Below are positions 60,530-64,000 of a stretch of 64,000 nucleotides of DNA, piece after piece. How positions within the stretch are numbered: the stretch's first letter is position 1; each line of letters begins with the position of its first letter. The position numbers and the translations under genes are program-made. The notes below the pieces were generated by a model that had not been told where the DNA came from, searched no databases, and saw only the letters and a program-made list of their open reading frames with translations. The stretch is taken from contig JAQGDQ010000627.1 of NCBI GenBank assembly GCA_030141605.1, positions 60,155-124,154 on the forward strand, read 5' to 3'. Source of the stretch: Tubiluchus corallicola. Its lineage: Eukaryota; Animalia; Priapulida.

Positions 60530-63056
60530 AATGCCGACCGGTTACACTATTATTACTCACAATAACAATCGAAAGAGAGTTATTGATTATACTCGTGTAT
60601 AATTAGTGACTGCCATGACATGGAATTTCTAATAGATACTACAGTTCTTATTCGAAAGAACGTGGCGGTAGCACTTTGTTTAGTAACAGCAAAGGGCGGC
60701 TCAGTTCAGAGAAACTGTGAATTTCAGCTAGGATTCTAGGGTTTTAAATTTACAAATTACGTACAATTGGACGCGTGTTTCAGTAATAATTAATTAGATC
60801 CCTAGAGAACGTGAGTATAAGCGATCCAGAGTTTGAAGGTAATCATGTGTCGCAATATTTTTGTTAGAAGCTCCTAGTTGTATTGGCTGTCACGTCAGTT
60901 AATTAGCAATCACTACAGCAGGTACCTAGCGCTAAAATGAATAGCTGTAATCTGTAATTTCACGACTTTTTAAGTAACGCTGTAACGTCTTCACGTAGGC
61001 TTAGCAGCTCTGAGCCCGTACGCCAGATTCTGCACATAAAAAAGAACAACAATAAGAAACCATTGTATGGGTTCTTTTTAGATACGCGATGCTTGCAGGT
61101 AAAATTACATAAACTACTTATTTTTTCCATTATTTCACAAGGAGCCTCGGTGTCTTGGAACTCGGTGTAATTTTGATCCGCCAGCATCCCATACAATGAT
61201 CTCTTATTATTGTTATTATTTTTCTTAAGTATCGGGCTTTCTTAGGCATTCACTTTAATTCATGTCAATTCAGAAACATGGAAGGCTAGAGTCATGAAAC
61301 TTGTGGGTAGATACCTAGGATAGGGGCCCAGACAATGGTTTGGTGAACGATGACCTCTGTTAAATGGTCGTGTACACAGGACATCAGTTACTTCAAGTGG
61401 GTACCTGACCGCTTGGCTATCGTCTGTTAAAGCTACCAACCCACAAATGATCAATGACGAGCGTACTTTCCATGTAGTGACTAACGCGCTTGCAACAAAA
61501 AATGCTACGCAAAATTCTGTAAAGTTTCTGACATTTTAATGCGACGACGATTTTTTTGACGTAATAACTTACAATTTTTATTCAAAGAGAGCAAAAGGCA
61601 TTGTTTCATATTTCTCTTCAACTTTCTAAAAAACCGCTCAAATATCGAAGGGCTTCGATGGATGAGAAAAGCCCAGCTCAAACATTATAGTGAAAGTCGA
61701 GTACGCGTCATTAGCCTTTGCGTATAATTTATTCGTCTGCATGTGTGTCCAATTAAAAATTCATCGAATCCTTAGGCCATAACTTGTGTAAGACGTCCTT
61801 CGCGCTGTATCGAAACTTACAATCAATTAATCCGTTTGTGAATCCGTCAGCAATTAATCCGTCCGTGAATCCACAGAGAGAAAATTTTACCAGCAGCATT
61901 GGCTTTGTGATTATTATGAATATTCGGCTAAGGATTAGCGAGTTTTCGACTAAAGCATGTTACTTCACTATCCTTCTGTGTAGGCGAAGTAGACTTGTTG
62001 AGTTTCTAGTAAAATCTGCCTGTTCAGGTAAATTCTGAATAATTCATTTCAGTCTGTTTAATGCCACGAACCCTAAATATAGGGAAATTGTAGCAACTAT
62101 TATTTCTCTTGTTTATTTTTGATAACCTTATTTTCTAACCTATATAGTATACGAATTCATCTTGAAAGTAGAAATTGCAGTTGCTAATTTCTCGCAAAAA
62201 CCAAAATGATTGTTTGTTCGATTGTTTCTCATTTGCTTCCATTTTACGTTCGTTTGATCAGTCATTTATTCTATCGTTTTGATTTTTCGTCCATTTGTCG
62301 CTTTGATCGTCTTTCATTATTTAGCTAAAGCTCTTCGATTTTAAAACAGTTCGGTCTTTTACTAAGCTTTCAGGTACATCGACTATCTAATGAAAAATCT
62401 GTAGCAGTACCATAATTTGTCTCATGTTTACGTGGTAGAGGGTGACAAACGCCCCTATAAACTGTTTTCCTTTTGGCCGAGATTTTCTGGGGCAGATTGG
62501 CTTTTACTACGTGTTTTTGCCATAGTTCAAAACACTGCCATGCTAAAAAAATCTATTTGTGCACGCTTTTGCCAGATGAATCCTGCTATAGTTTATATCA
62601 AAAGAACCCATGGACAATGCTTTACCTGTGTATAGATCATAGTAGCCGTTTTGCAAAATAAAATCGTTATTTACCATTACTCAATCGGCTTTTTAGTCAA
62701 AAAATCTCTTGTGCCCAAGCAGCCGACCTTTATAATTCATTCACATCGAGTAATGTTGCGTATACAGAACTTTTAATGCAATTTTTATCAATTTTATGCT
62801 ACTTTACACTCAGTGAATTTACTACACCTCGATCACGTGATCACTCGAAAGATATTTAGTCCTTGGAGAACATGTTATATTAACTCATCAAAGTCATATC
62901 ATAAACTCAGTAATCTTTCAAAACCAATTTTAGTTAGATTTTGGTCTTTTGGGAAACGAAATTTTAATAACATGTGAAGAATGCATGGGTGATATTTTTG
63001 TACGGTAAGTCAGTTGGCTTCCTAGTTTTGCATCCTTCAACTTGAGATCCTGTTTG

Positions 63057-63507
63057 ATTCAGTTTCACAAACTATCAGAATCATCCAACTCACAATTGGT
63101 AAAATTATGGTTCTTCCCCGTTTCAGTTTCACTAAGTATCAGAATCATCCAACTCACATTTGGTTAAATTATGGTTCTTCCCCGTTTCAGTTTCACTAAG
63201 TATCAGAATCATCCAACTCACATTTGGTAAAATTATGGTTCTTCCCCGTTTCGGTTTCACTAAGTATCAGAATCATCCAACTCACATTTGGTAAAATTAT
63301 GGTTCTTCCCCGTTTCGGTTTCACTAAGTATCAGAATCATCCAACTCACATTTGGTTAAATCATGGTTCTTCCCCGTTTCAGTTTCACTAAGTAACAGAA
63401 TCATCCAACTCACATTTGGTTAAATTATGGTTCTTCCCCGTTTCAGTTTCACTAAGTAACAGAATCATCCAACTCACATTTGGTAAAATTATGGTTCTTC
63501 CCCGTTT
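63057..63507. repeat. 64-bp minisatellite, 7 copies
   Basis: GGTTCTTCCCCG recurs at 63109, 63173, 63237, 63301, 63365, 63429 and 63493 (period 64), with near-identical units. Confidence 0.95.
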
Positions 63508-63577
63508 ACATTTTTTTCACAGAAAAGATTTTTCTGATCTGAATTAGTAAGCGACTACAGATGATACTTTCCTTTAA

Positions 63578-64000
63578 AGCAAAACAGAACGATTTTTCAT
63601 ATCCTACCCAATTTTGAATTACGATAAAATGTATATATTTTAACACATATAATAATGCCATTTCTGATAATTAAATAATAAGTTTAATTAACTTAATTAA
63701 CGGCAGGCAAGCCCAACTAGTGATTACGTCACAAACGAACACAATTTTCAACAGCAAAAACTTTTCATGAGCGTGTTGAACGCGTTAGCGAAAGCGGAAG
63801 TTGAAGTACAGTGCTACTGTACAACATCATTGTAGTGTACAAAAATTTTGCAAATTTTGAGACAAAACTTGAAATTCTAAATTTACCCCTGTGCTCACGC
63901 ATGAACTCTCGAACGTGTGTATTACGTCACAAACGAACAACTCTGAACTGAGAGGTGTAACAACTGTTTTCCATGCAATGCGTTTCCGAAATGTGAGTGC
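63578..64000 (-). mobile_element. Non-autonomous Kolobok-like DNA transposon, copy 4 (cut by the window edge)
   Basis: TTAA|AGCAAAACAGAACGATTTTTCATATCCTACCCAATTTTGAA... colinear with copy 3, including GTGCTCRCGCATGAACTCTC and CTGAACYGAGAGGT. Confidence 0.7.

Noticed and set aside
63057-63507. CRISPR-like regular repeat
   Set aside because: Units are contiguous and near-identical with no unique spacers, there are no cas genes, and the context is eukaryotic. The same applies to the arrays at 19.8, 55.3 and 56.1 kb.
58500-64000. Further MEAK7 exons (e.g. AG...GT segment at ~61984-62027)
   Set aside because: The required phase-0 frame hits a stop and shows no similarity; the next exons probably lie outside the window.

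Overview
AT-rich, intron-rich genomic DNA from an invertebrate animal; the repeat content hints at a lophotrochozoan, but this is not certain. Five spliceosomal protein-coding genes were assembled by hand from GT-AG exons, many of them missed by the ORF track. They are CMIP (- strand, 5' part, running off the left end), ANKS6 (+, 15 coding exons, 813 aa, ankyrin repeats plus SAM), NDUFAF3 (-, intronless CDS), NOP10 (-, 3 exons, 64 aa) and MEAK7/TLDC1 (+, first 3 coding exons, ~24 kb first intron, running off the right end). A tRNA-Lys(UUU) gene lies divergent from NOP10. The rest is transposon debris and tandem repeats: a decayed CR1/L2-group LINE, two RTE-X-like LINE 3' fragments, four TTAA-flanked Kolobok-like elements, two Tc1/mariner-superfamily MITEs, a SINE, and mini- and microsatellites. 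The most striking item is a ~1 kb palindrome in the intron after the first ANKS6 coding exon. Each arm carries a minimal, Penelope-type hammerhead ribozyme motif, and a pogo/Tigger-like MITE later inserted into the left arm. A second candidate is possible co-transcription of NOP10 and NDUFAF3. Gene identities rest on recalled protein motifs, not on database searches.
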